A DNA stretch of 64,000 nucleotides, from NCBI GenBank assembly GCA_051867285.1, contig JBJDYL010000097.1, positions 740 through 64,739 of the forward strand. Direction: 5' to 3'. The translations under genes and the position numbers were made by a program. This DNA comes from Faecousia sp. GTDB taxonomy: Bacteria > Bacillota > Clostridia > Oscillospirales > Oscillospiraceae. This document shows, in pieces, positions 49,077 to 58,315 of this stretch. The number at the start of each line of letters is the position of its first letter. The stretch's first letter is position 1. Below the pieces are notes generated by a model. The model was not told where the DNA came from. It ran no database searches and saw nothing but the letters and a program-made list of their open reading frames with translations.

Positions 49077-49147
49077 CGTTATATTTTCAAAAGTACAACG
49101 GTATTATAACAAATCCGCTTCCCAAAATCAACAGCAACTGCTATAAT
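49077..49147. promoter_or_regulatory. Divergent promoters with a ModE-like operator
   Basis: CGTTATAT-N8-GTACAACG (49077-49100); minus-strand TTGATT-17-TATAAT; plus-strand TATAAT at 49142-49147. Confidence 0.6.
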
Positions 49148-49188
49148 ATAGGCGAGAGTTTGCAAACAAACCGAGAAGGAGCTTTTCC

Positions 49189-49977
49189 ATGATTACCATA
49201 CAGAAATATGTCCGGGCGCAGAGCCTGGAAGAAGCCTACCAGCTCAACCAGAGCAGGCGCAACCGCATCGTAGGCGGCATGATGTGGATGCGGCTGGGAA
49301 AGGGCGGCGTGAGCACCGCCATTGATCTGTGCGATCTGGGGCTGGACACCATCGAGGAGACGGGGGAAGCCTTTTCCATCGGCGCCATGGTGCCCCTGCG
49401 CCAGCTGGAGCTGCACGAGGGGCTGAATGCCTATGCCAATGGCGCGGTGAGAAACGCCGTAAAGGACATTGTGGGCGTCCAGTTCCGGAATATGGCGACG
49501 GTGGGCGGCAGCATCTGGGGACGCTTTGGTTTTTCCGACGTGCTCACGATGTTCCTCGCTATGGATAGCTATGTAGAGCTGTACAAGGGCGGCATTGTGC
49601 CTTTGGAGCAGTTCGCCGCCATGAAAAAGGATAACGACATTCTGATGCGGCTGATCGTGAAGAAAACTCCCGGAAAATTCGTCTATACCTCCATGCGCAA
49701 CCAGCGCACGGATTTCCCGGTGATTGCCTGCGCCGTATCCCAATTGGACGGCGAATACCGGGCGGTGATCGGCGCCCGGCCTGCCAAGGCCATGGTGATC
49801 CGGGATGAACAGGGTCTGCTGACCCAGGGAATCACCCCGGACGGCGCCGCAGCATTTGCCGCATTTGTAGCGGAGAGCGCACCTACAGACAGCAACGTCC
49901 GCGCCAGCGCCGCTTACCGCAGCCATCTGATCCGGGTGCTGACGACCCGCGTTGCGCTGGAACTGGGAGGTATCTGA
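49189..49977 (+). CDS. Xanthine dehydrogenase-family FAD-binding subunit
   Basis: IVGGMMW, QFRNMATVGGS, ASAAYRSHL. Confidence 0.9.
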   Translation: MITIQKYVRAQSLEEAYQLNQSRRNRIVGGMMWMRLGKGGVSTAIDLCDLGLDTIEETGEAFSIGAMVPLRQLELHEGLNAYANGAVRNAVKDIVGVQFRNMATVGGSIWGRFGFSDVLTMFLAMDSYVELYKGGIVPLEQFAAMKKDNDILMRLIVKKTPGKFVYTSMRNQRTDFPVIACAVSQLDGEYRAVIGARPAKAMVIRDEQGLLTQGITPDGAAAFAAFVAESAPTDSNVRASAAYRSHLIRVLTTRVALELGGI

Positions 49978-49978
49978 T

Positions 49979-50434
49979 ATGGAAATCAAACTGAAACTCA
50001 ATGGGAAAACGATTGTTGACCATATTGATGCCGACACCGTGCTGCTGGATTTTCTGAGAGAACACGGCTGCTACAGCGTCAAGCGGGGCTGCGACACCTC
50101 CAACTGCGGCCTGTGTACCGTGCTCATGGACGGAACCCCGGTTCTGTCCTGCTCCATGCTGGCTGCCCGGGCGGATGGGCACAGCATTCAGACGCTGGAG
50201 GGGCTTCAGGAAGAGGCCGCCGACTTTGTGGGCTTCATCGCCGATCAGGGCGCGGACCAATGCGGCTTCTGCAATCCCGGCTTCGTGATGAACATCATCG
50301 CCCTGCTCCGGGAAAATCCCGACCCCACGGACGATGAAATCCGCGCCTATCTGGCAGGCAACCTGTGCCGCTGCTCCGGCTACGACGGGCAGCTCCGGGG
50401 GATCCGCAATTACTTAACCAGCCGCAAGGGCTAA
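49979..50434 (+). CDS. Xanthine dehydrogenase-family 2Fe-2S subunit
   Basis: KRGCDTSNCGLCTV, QCGFCNPG, GNLCRCSGY. Confidence 0.93.
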   Translation: MEIKLKLNGKTIVDHIDADTVLLDFLREHGCYSVKRGCDTSNCGLCTVLMDGTPVLSCSMLAARADGHSIQTLEGLQEEAADFVGFIADQGADQCGFCNPGFVMNIIALLRENPDPTDDEIRAYLAGNLCRCSGYDGQLRGIRNYLTSRKG

Positions 50435-50444
50435 GGAGGACGCA

Positions 50445-52739
50445 ATGGAACACAGACAATATAAGACGGTGGGCAAGTCCTTCCGCAAAAAGGATTCCAT
50501 GCAGCTCCTGCTGGGAAAGCCCGTTTATGTGAACGATGTCGCCCCCAGGGGCGCGCTGGTGGTCAAGCTGCTGCGCAGTCCCCACGCCAACGCCATCGTG
50601 CAGGAAATCAACACGAAAGCAGCCCGGCTGGTTCCCGGGGTGGTGGATATTTACACCTGGGAGGACGTGCCCCAGACCCGGTTTGCCATTGCCGGACAGA
50701 CCTATCCCGAACCGTCGCCCTATGACCGGCTGATTCTGGACCGTCATGTGCGCTTCGCCGGGGACGCCGTGGCCATTGTTGCCGCGGAAACCGAAAAAGC
50801 GGCGCAAAAGGCATTGAAACTGATTAAGGTTAAATATGAGGTTCTGGAAGCGGTGCTGGATTACCATACCGCCCTGGACAACCCCATTCTGGTGCATCCC
50901 GAGGAGGACTGGGAGCCTCCCTGCGAGGTGGGCGGCACCAACAAGCGGAATCTGGTGGCCAGCGGCGTAGATGCCGACGGGGATGTGGACGACATTTTGG
51001 CAGACTGTGATATTGTGCTGGACCGCACCTTCCACACCAAGGCCTTCCAGCAGGCCATGATGGAACCCTTCACCGCTTATGCTGAGATGGATCGCTATGG
51101 GCGGCTCCATCTGATTTCCTCCACCCAGATTGTGTTCCACACCCGCCGGATTCTGTCCCGGGCGCTGGGGATTCCCAAGAGCCGCATCCGGGTGGAGAAG
51201 CCCCGGATCGGCGGCGGCTTCGGCGCCAAGCAGACGGCAGTGTGCGATGTCTATCCCGCCTTCGTCACCCTGAAAACTGGACGCCCTGCCCAGATCACCT
51301 ACACCCGGGAAGAGTCCCAGATTGCCGGTTCTCCCCGGCATGAAATGGAAATCCGGGTGCGTCTGGGTGCCAACAAAGACGGAAAAATCCGGGTTCTGGA
51401 TCTTTACACCTTATCCAATTCCGGCGCTTACGGCGAGCACGGCCCCACCACCGTGGGTCTGTCCGGTCACAAGTCCATCCCCCTGTATACCGGCTCTCTG
51501 GAAGCCTACCGCTTCGGCTACGACGTGGTGTACACCAATTTGCAGGCCGCCGGCGCCTACCGTGGCTACGGCGCGACCCAGGGTATCTTTGCTGTGGAGT
51601 CCGTGGTGAACGAACTGGCGGAGACCCTGGGCATCGATCCCACAGTGATTCGTGACAAGAACATGGTGAGAGAGGGCATGGTCATGCCCGCCTACTATGG
51701 CGAAACCGCCAACGCCTGCGCTTTGGATCGCTGCATGGAGCACTGCCGGAAGATGTTCGGTTGGGAGGAAAAGTACCCCGTCCGGGATATGGGCAACGGC
51801 AAGGTGCGCGCCGCCGGCGTTGCCATGGCCATGCAGGGCAGCTGCATCTCTAACGTGGACGTTGGTTCCGCCACGGTGAAGCTCAGCGAGGACGGCACCT
51901 ACAATCTGATTATCGGCGCGGCGGACATGGGCACCGGCTGCGATACCATTCTGGCGCAGATGGTGGCGGAAATGATGGATTGCAGTCTGGACGATGTGGC
52001 AGTGTTCGGCGCGGATACCGACGCATCCCCCTATGATTCCGGTTCTTACGCCTCCTCCACCACCTACATTACCGGCAAAGCAGCGGAAAAAGCCTGCACG
52101 GAGCTGAAACAGAAAATCTGCGCCATTGCCGCGGACATGATGGGCTGCGAGCCGGAGGCGGTGGTGATGGAAAGCGGCTGTGTTCGCAAAATCCACACCG
52201 ACCAGACCGTTTCCCTGACGGATATCGCCTACCGAACCCAGGTGGGCAACAACGCCGTTGCGGAAGCCACGGCAACCCACTCCTCCCCCGTTTCGCCTCC
52301 GCCCTACATGGTGGGCATGGTGGAAATTGAGCTGGATAAGCTGACCGGCCTGGTGACCATTCTGGACTACATGGCGGTAGTGGATTGCGGTATTCCCATT
52401 AACCCGGCTCTGGCCCGGATTCAGACCGAGGGCGGCATCGTTCAGGGCATCGGACACACCCTGATGGAGAATGTGACCTATGACCACAACGGACGTCCTG
52501 TAGAATCCTCTTTTATGCAGTACAAGCTGCCCACCCGGCTGGATATGGGCAAGCTGAAGGTGGAATTTGAACACAGCTACGAGCCAACCGGCCCCTTCGG
52601 CGCCAAATCCATTGGCGAAATCGTCATCAACACCCCCGCCCCGGCCATTGCCCACGCCATCGCCCGGGCCACCGGCGTCTGGCACAGGGAGCTGCCCATC
52701 ACCCCGGAAAAAGTCGCCATGTCCATGGTGGAGAAATAA
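50445..52739 (+). CDS. Xanthine dehydrogenase-family molybdopterin-binding subunit
   Basis: IGGGFGAKQ, AYRGYGATQG, DMGTG, YASSTT, GPFGAKSIGE. Confidence 0.93.
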   Translation: MEHRQYKTVGKSFRKKDSMQLLLGKPVYVNDVAPRGALVVKLLRSPHANAIVQEINTKAARLVPGVVDIYTWEDVPQTRFAIAGQTYPEPSPYDRLILDRHVRFAGDAVAIVAAETEKAAQKALKLIKVKYEVLEAVLDYHTALDNPILVHPEEDWEPPCEVGGTNKRNLVASGVDADGDVDDILADCDIVLDRTFHTKAFQQAMMEPFTAYAEMDRYGRLHLISSTQIVFHTRRILSRALGIPKSRIRVEKPRIGGGFGAKQTAVCDVYPAFVTLKTGRPAQITYTREESQIAGSPRHEMEIRVRLGANKDGKIRVLDLYTLSNSGAYGEHGPTTVGLSGHKSIPLYTGSLEAYRFGYDVVYTNLQAAGAYRGYGATQGIFAVESVVNELAETLGIDPTVIRDKNMVREGMVMPAYYGETANACALDRCMEHCRKMFGWEEKYPVRDMGNGKVRAAGVAMAMQGSCISNVDVGSATVKLSEDGTYNLIIGAADMGTGCDTILAQMVAEMMDCSLDDVAVFGADTDASPYDSGSYASSTTYITGKAAEKACTELKQKICAIAADMMGCEPEAVVMESGCVRKIHTDQTVSLTDIAYRTQVGNNAVAEATATHSSPVSPPPYMVGMVEIELDKLTGLVTILDYMAVVDCGIPINPALARIQTEGGIVQGIGHTLMENVTYDHNGRPVESSFMQYKLPTRLDMGKLKVEFEHSYEPTGPFGAKSIGEIVINTPAPAIAHAIARATGVWHRELPITPEKVAMSMVEK

Positions 52740-53229
52740 TCGGGGCAGCCGCCGATTCCCCCAATGCCCGGACACCGGCAGGGCGTCATTCCCGACGTCT
52801 GCGGGAAAAGCTGCGCAGGCGTTCCGTTCCAATCTTCCGATGACTTTTCAACAATGTAGCCAGTGCTGCCAGGCACTGGCTACATTGTTTATCAAACGGC
52901 TGCACCCGGGCAGGCGGACACGTTTCCGGATCTCCCCATGCTCAATAACCAACGAACCGCCGGTCTGCTGGTTCTGCGTTCTGTTGTCCCTGACTTTGCG
53001 GGCGGGTGTGTCCCTGTTTCCAATACCGGCACCCGCCGCAGAAAAAAACTATCGGCATCGCCCCTTGCTGCGGGTGATGCCGATAGCTTGCATTGGTAGT
53101 ACCAACGCAAACAGCCGCAGGGATATTCCCTGCGGCTGCTTAAGATATTCCTGAAACGTTACCGGGCGATCCCGATGCCCTATCCTGGGGACATCACCAG
53201 AGCGCACACCGCCTGGCGGTGCTGCCACC

Positions 53230-55293
53230 TTAGTCGTCGTTCTTGGCCTCTGCAATGATCTTGGCCTGGTTGGCCTTGGGCACTTCCTCGTAGCGGACGA
53301 AGTCCAGCGTGAAGCTGCCGCGGGCCTGGGTCATGGCGCGCAGGTCGATGGCATAGCTGCCCATCTCTGCCATGGGAACTTCTGCCTCGATGACGGTATT
53401 GCCGTCATGGTCAGGGTTCATACCCATGGGACGGCCGCGGCGCTTGCTCAGATCGCCCATAACATCGCCCACATAAGCCTCGGGGACGCTGACTGCCAGC
53501 GCGCCGATAGGCTCCAGCAGAGTGGGGTTGGCATTGGGCATAGCTTCCTTGTAAGACAGGATGGCCGCCAGCTTGAAGGCCATTTCGTTGGAGTCAACGG
53601 GATGGTAGGAGCCATCGTACAGCACGGCCTTCAGACCGACCATGGGATAGCCAGCCAGGGGGCCCTTCTGAACGGCTTCCTGCAGACCCTTTTCCACAGC
53701 GGGGTAGAAGTTTCTGGGCACGCTGCCGCCGAACACTTCCTCTGCGAAAATCAGATCATCCTGCTCGTCCTGGGGCTCGAAGCGTACCCAAACGTCGCCG
53801 AACTGACCGGAACCACCGGTCTGCTTCTTGTGACGGCCATGGGCCTGCACAGTCTTTTTGATCTTCTCCCGATAAGCGACCTTGGCAGGAGCCAGCACTG
53901 CGTCCACGCCAAAGCGGCTCTTCAGCTTGGAAACCAGCACGTCCAGATGCTGGTCGCCCAGACCGGACAGCACCAGCTGCTTGGTCTCAGCATTGTTCAC
54001 CAGATGGAAGGACGGATCTTCCTCGTTCAGGCGGTTCAGGCCAGCGCCAACCTTGTCTTCCTGACCCTTGGTCTTGGGAGCAATGGCCATGGAGTAGCAG
54101 GCAGGGGCGTAGGGAATCTGCTTCAGGGAGACAACCTTTCTGGGATCGCACAGGGTATCGCCGGTCTTGACCTTATCCATCTTGCCGATGGCGCCGATAT
54201 CGCCGCAGCCCAGAACCTTGACCTCGGTCGCCTTCTTGCCGCACATGGCGTACAGACGGCCCAGCTTCTCGGTCTCGCCGGTACGGGCGTTGACCAGCGC
54301 AGTGTCAGAGGTGATTTCGCCGGACAGAACCTTGACATAAGAGTACTTGCCGTACTGATCGGACACGGTCTTCCACACGAAAGCAGAGGGCACGCCGCCG
54401 GGAGAAACCACGAATTCCTCGGTCTCACCGTCAGCGTTGGTGGCCTTATGGTAGTTGCCCTGCACAGGGTTGGGCAGCAGGTCAACGATGTGATCCATGA
54501 GCATCAGGCTTCCCAGGCAGGTAACGCCGGAGCCGCACAGCACGGGGAACAGGCTCAGCTCTTCCACACCGGTATGCAGGCCGTCCAGCATTTCCCGGTA
54601 AGTAAACTCGTCACCCTCGAAGAAGCGGTCCATCAGAGCCTCGTCGGTTTCGGCCACTGCTTCCTTCAGGGCGTCGTTGAACTCCTCGATGACCGCCAGC
54701 TTATCCTCGGGCACCGCAATTTCCACCCGCTTCAGCTTCTGCATCTCGTAGGCGCGCTTGTTCAGCACGTCGATGATGCCGGTGACCTTGTGGCTCGCAT
54801 CCCAGATGGGCACGACCACGGGGGCAATCTTGTTGCCGTACTTCTCCCGCAGGGCTTCAAAGGTGGCATTGTAGTCGGAGTTATCCTCGTCCACCTTGGA
54901 AATGTAGACAAACCGGGGCATATTCCGCTCTTCGCAGTATTTCCAGGCCTTCTCAAAGCCAACCGTAATGCCGTCCTTGGCGGAGCACACCAGGATAGCC
55001 GCATCAGCAGCACGGAGCGCCTCCATCACGGCACCGGAGAAGTCGAAAGCGCCGGGGGTGTCCAGCAGATTGATCTTGATGTTCTTGTACTCCAGCGGCA
55101 CCACAGAGGTGGAGATGGAAATATGGCGCTTGATCTCCTCAGGATCGTAGTCGCAAACGGTGTTGCCGTCGGCATTCTTGCCGATACGGTCGATGGCACC
55201 GGTCATGTACAGTAAGCTTTCCGCCAGTGCGGACTTGCCGCTGCCGCTATGGCCCAGCAGACAGATGTTACGGATGGAATTAACAGTATACAT
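53230..55293 (-). CDS. Elongation factor G paralogue (EF-G-like)
   Basis: GHSGSGKS, DTPG, SKVD, HKKQTGGSGQFGDV, DGSYHPVDS. Not in an rpsL-rpsG-tuf context; G1 differs from canonical AHIDAGKT. Confidence 0.9.
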   Translation of the reverse strand: MYTVNSIRNICLLGHSGSGKSALAESLLYMTGAIDRIGKNADGNTVCDYDPEEIKRHISISTSVVPLEYKNIKINLLDTPGAFDFSGAVMEALRAADAAILVCSAKDGITVGFEKAWKYCEERNMPRFVYISKVDEDNSDYNATFEALREKYGNKIAPVVVPIWDASHKVTGIIDVLNKRAYEMQKLKRVEIAVPEDKLAVIEEFNDALKEAVAETDEALMDRFFEGDEFTYREMLDGLHTGVEELSLFPVLCGSGVTCLGSLMLMDHIVDLLPNPVQGNYHKATNADGETEEFVVSPGGVPSAFVWKTVSDQYGKYSYVKVLSGEITSDTALVNARTGETEKLGRLYAMCGKKATEVKVLGCGDIGAIGKMDKVKTGDTLCDPRKVVSLKQIPYAPACYSMAIAPKTKGQEDKVGAGLNRLNEEDPSFHLVNNAETKQLVLSGLGDQHLDVLVSKLKSRFGVDAVLAPAKVAYREKIKKTVQAHGRHKKQTGGSGQFGDVWVRFEPQDEQDDLIFAEEVFGGSVPRNFYPAVEKGLQEAVQKGPLAGYPMVGLKAVLYDGSYHPVDSNEMAFKLAAILSYKEAMPNANPTLLEPIGALAVSVPEAYVGDVMGDLSKRRGRPMGMNPDHDGNTVIEAEVPMAEMGSYAIDLRAMTQARGSFTLDFVRYEEVPKANQAKIIAEAKNDD

Positions 55294-55605
55294 AGTGGTC
55301 AAATACTCCTTTCGGGAAGGGAAGCCTTCCTCGCAACTATAGGTAGGGGTGCACGGCACCGCAATACAGACATTATACACGAAAGGAGCGGTTTATGCAA
55401 TGCTTATTTTCGTCAGAATGCAAAATTGTGTAAAATCCCCCATGGACACTTGTTTTCCTGTGCAAAACACACAAATTATATTTCTGTTTTCCAGCAAGGT
55501 GCATAAAAGAAAGGAAGGTGCGGAACTGGGTGTGTGCAGTGTGAGCTTGGCAGTTTCCCGCATTTCCGACCAATCTTCTACGCGCGTCCGCCCCGGACGG
55601 CGCGA

Positions 55606-55635
55606 AAAAGCCGCCGGAAACATTCCGGCGGCTTT
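55606..55635. terminator. Intrinsic terminator downstream of the spoIIQ-like gene
   Basis: AAAGCCGCCGGAA-ACA-TTCCGGCGGCTTT. Confidence 0.7.
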
Positions 55636-55677
55636 CGCCCTCTTTACAGAGGCAAGGAGGAAAAACGCAGATTCTTT

Positions 55678-56358
55678 TTACTGTCCCAGCGCCAGAAATT
55701 CCGCCGGATCCACCGGCTCATCGTGGCAGGTGACACCAAAGTGCACATGGGCGCCCAGAGTGCTCTCCACGATGGCGCTGTCAGAGGCATAGCCGATGGT
55801 CTGCCCCATGGTCACGGTATCCCCGGGTTTTACCGTCAGATTTTCCGCCAAGGAAGAATACTTGCTGGTATACCCGTCGGCATGGCGGATGACCACGGTA
55901 TAGCCCATGGCGTCGTCCTCATACACGGTGTACACCTCGCCGTCCGCAGCAGCGCGGACTTCTGCCCCCGCCTCCGCCGCCAGATCTACGCCGTTGTGAA
56001 CCCGCCAGTCCCGGGTGGTCTGGTTATAGCTCAGCGCTTCCATGGAATATCCGAAGATGGATTCCCCCTCCACGGGAGACATGGTTTTCAGGGGTTTCTT
56101 CTCCGTGGGGACGGGGGTGTTTTCCGTTGCCGCCGGAGCCGTGGTCTGCGCCGGAGGCTGGGTGGCGATCACCGGCACATCCTCCGTCTGCGGAGTCAGC
56201 GCCGGAATCTCTCCAACGGTTTCCTGAAGAGAAACCTCCTGCGTCAGATTTGCGTTTCTGTAGTACACATAGCCAGTGATCCCGATTGCCGCGGCACACA
56301 GGATCAGGGCTATGTAGTAGCCCTTACCGCCGCGACCGGATCGTTTCTTGTCGCTCAT
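55678..56358 (-). CDS. Membrane-anchored M23/LytM peptidase, SpoIIQ-like
   Basis: N-terminal TM (GYYIALILCAAAIGITGY), low-complexity linker, YNQTTRDWRVHNGVD, HVHF; sigmaF-like promoter upstream. Confidence 0.82.
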   Translation of the reverse strand: MSDKKRSGRGGKGYYIALILCAAAIGITGYVYYRNANLTQEVSLQETVGEIPALTPQTEDVPVIATQPPAQTTAPAATENTPVPTEKKPLKTMSPVEGESIFGYSMEALSYNQTTRDWRVHNGVDLAAEAGAEVRAAADGEVYTVYEDDAMGYTVVIRHADGYTSKYSSLAENLTVKPGDTVTMGQTIGYASDSAIVESTLGAHVHFGVTCHDEPVDPAEFLALGQ

Positions 56359-56379
56359 AACTAAGCACCTCCGAGGCTG

Positions 56380-56408
56380 ATTATGGGCAGGTTTTTCAGA
56401 AGTTAAAC
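56380..56408 (-). promoter_or_regulatory. sigmaF/sigmaG-type forespore promoter
   Basis: GTTTA-15 bp-GCCCATAAT on the minus strand, resembling the sigmaF consensus (GYWTA-N15-GGnnAnAnT). Confidence 0.6.
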
Positions 56409-56425
56409 AGTTTTTTATAAAAAAA

Positions 56426-56548
56426 CCTTCCCCTTTGGGGAAGGCGAAACGGAAGAGGGAAACACGCGCACATACACCTTGGGACAAATCAACCAGAAAA
56501 CCTCTCCTGACCTCGCTGGCGCCCGGCCACCCTCCCCAAAGGGGAGGG
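56426..56548. repeat. REP-like element with palindromic ends
   Basis: CCTTCCCC-TTT-GGGGAAGG at 56426-56444 and CCCTCCCC-AAA-GGGGAGGG at 56530-56548. Confidence 0.6.
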
Positions 56549-56558
56549 CATATTGGTT

Positions 56559-56921
56559 CTACTTCGGCACAATACCGTTGGTCAGCGCCTGCGTAAAGGT
56601 GAATTGATAACTGACCACATTCTCCTTTGGCTCCTGGGTCAGCTCCAGCCCGGTGAAGTAGCAGTAACGAATGCCCCAGATGGGGTGTTCCAAATTGCCG
56701 GGGGTGCTGTCCTCTATCAGCAGCGCCAGCTGTTTGAACTGGTCGTAGGCGTCCGCACCATAGAATACGCCGGTACCGGTGATGGTTCGTTTCAAATCCC
56801 CCATGCCATCGAAATAGGTCACGCCGCTTTCCGTATGGTATTGAGGATCCCGGCTGGTTTTTTCCTCATAAGTGTGGGGATTCCGGGGCCAGACAAAGGT
56901 TTTATAGCTAAGACAATCCAT
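56559..56921 (-). CDS. Phage tail-tube-initiator / DNA-circularisation N-terminal-like protein
   Basis: LSYKTFVWPRNP, MGDLKRTITGTGVFYG, PGNLEHP, FTGLELTQEP..VSYQFTF. Confidence 0.6.
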   Translation of the reverse strand: MDCLSYKTFVWPRNPHTYEEKTSRDPQYHTESGVTYFDGMGDLKRTITGTGVFYGADAYDQFKQLALLIEDSTPGNLEHPIWGIRYCYFTGLELTQEPKENVVSYQFTFTQALTNGIVPK

Positions 56922-57623
56922 TTATACCTCCCTGCGCGCCAGCGCCACGCCTTTGCGGGTGCGCCGCATTCCTTCTTTGGTAAATTCCCGCCGGGTACTG
57001 AGCCAGGTGCAGCCGGTGAATTCCTCGGTTTTCTGATCCGTCACCAGCCGCAGGGTAAATCCCGGTTCCGGCTCTTCCGTGATGCCGGAACCTGCCGGAA
57101 TCAGCTCCTCCAGATCGATGCTCCAGTAATGGCTGCCCTCGCTGACGCCTGTGGGAACCGCTTCGCCCATGACAAACTCCACCTGTCTGCCAGTGTATTC
57201 CTCCACCGTGATCTTCATGGCGAACCGCTGAACCAGATCGTCGATGTAGCAGTAAAACCCTGGCCAGATTACGCAGTTGTCCGCGTCGGTAATTCCGGTA
57301 AAGGTTGCCAGTACGCTCACCACATACACCTGAGACACCCCGTCGTAGGTACATCCGTTCTGCACGCACACCGCCCCGGCCCAACGCAGAATCTCCGTCG
57401 CCCGCAGGGCTTCCACCTCACAGGCGGTGCCGCCGGTGGAGGCGGGGCAAATAATGCTGACCTCCATAGTCACCGTCAGATTGGCGCGGTCCACCTTTTC
57501 GATATGTACCGTTGCCACGGTTTCCCCGATCTGGGGATACTTCTGGCCGGGGTAGGCAGCATCCGCACGGAACCCTGCTTCCCGCAGCCGCCGCAGCACC
57601 AACTCTAGGATTGAGTACCCCAT
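56922..57623 (-). CDS. Putative tail terminator, possibly fused to a tube-like domain
   Basis: Position after the head-closure gene; apparent two-domain beta-rich pattern; start set at MGYSIL. Confidence 0.5.
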   Translation of the reverse strand: MGYSILELVLRRLREAGFRADAAYPGQKYPQIGETVATVHIEKVDRANLTVTMEVSIICPASTGGTACEVEALRATEILRWAGAVCVQNGCTYDGVSQVYVVSVLATFTGITDADNCVIWPGFYCYIDDLVQRFAMKITVEEYTGRQVEFVMGEAVPTGVSEGSHYWSIDLEELIPAGSGITEEPEPGFTLRLVTDQKTEEFTGCTWLSTRREFTKEGMRRTRKGVALARREV

Positions 57624-57949
57624 GTATCGTTCACACCCTTCTCCACGCACAGCCCCCATTGGTAAATGGGCTGATTTCCATAGTAATATGGCTCCACCCG
57701 ACGAAACAGATAGGTTCGATTCCCCAGAATCAGGGTATCCCCCTCCTTCACCGTCACGCCCACGGGGCCCATGTATACATACTGCCCCCGGGAGATTTCT
57801 CCCAGCAACGACACAACACTCTCCATATTCTGCCAGCTTTTGGAATTCACCGCCCGGAAGAATCCCCGGGCGGCTTTGGTTTCCTCACCGCTGACAATGG
57901 TCATGTCCGTGCCGTACCGAGCCATGACCTTTTCCACGGTCTGCCGCAT
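57605..57949 (-). CDS. Putative head-closure (stopper) protein
   Basis: 114 aa, beta-rich, VKEGDTLILGNRTYLFRRVE; canonical position. Confidence 0.6.
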   Translation of the reverse strand: MRQTVEKVMARYGTDMTIVSGEETKAARGFFRAVNSKSWQNMESVVSLLGEISRGQYVYMGPVGVTVKEGDTLILGNRTYLFRRVEPYYYGNQPIYQWGLCVEKGVNDTWGTQS

Positions 57950-57952
57950 TGG

Positions 57953-58315
57953 TCACACCCCCTGGAAGCAGAAGGAATCCTTGAGATACGGGCGCAGCAA
58001 TCCCAACGCCTGCCGCGTCAGGCTCTCGGGAGAGAGTTGGCTGTTGCTCTGCCCCTGCTTCACCGTCAGATCTCCGGCCTGGAATTCCTGAATTTCCCCG
58101 CCGGCTCTGCCCTGGTACCACTGCCCCAGTGCATACAGGCTGGCAGCCGCCACAAAATCCTCCCGGCACTGTTCCGGCGTCACATCTTCTCTCAGCTGTG
58201 CCCCCAGCGTATTCACGGCAGCGCTGCACAGCAGCCGCAGCAGCTCCCGGCCGGGGGCGTCCAACTCCCCCGCCAGCAGCTCTGCCTGAGAAAAAGCCTG
58301 ATCAGCTACCATCAT
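57953..58315 (-). CDS. Putative head-tail connector (adaptor)
   Basis: 120 aa, helical with an IQEFQAGDLTV hairpin and LLRPY end; ATGA overlap with the capsid gene. Confidence 0.65.
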   Translation of the reverse strand: MMVADQAFSQAELLAGELDAPGRELLRLLCSAAVNTLGAQLREDVTPEQCREDFVAAASLYALGQWYQGRAGGEIQEFQAGDLTVKQGQSNSQLSPESLTRQALGLLRPYLKDSFCFQGV

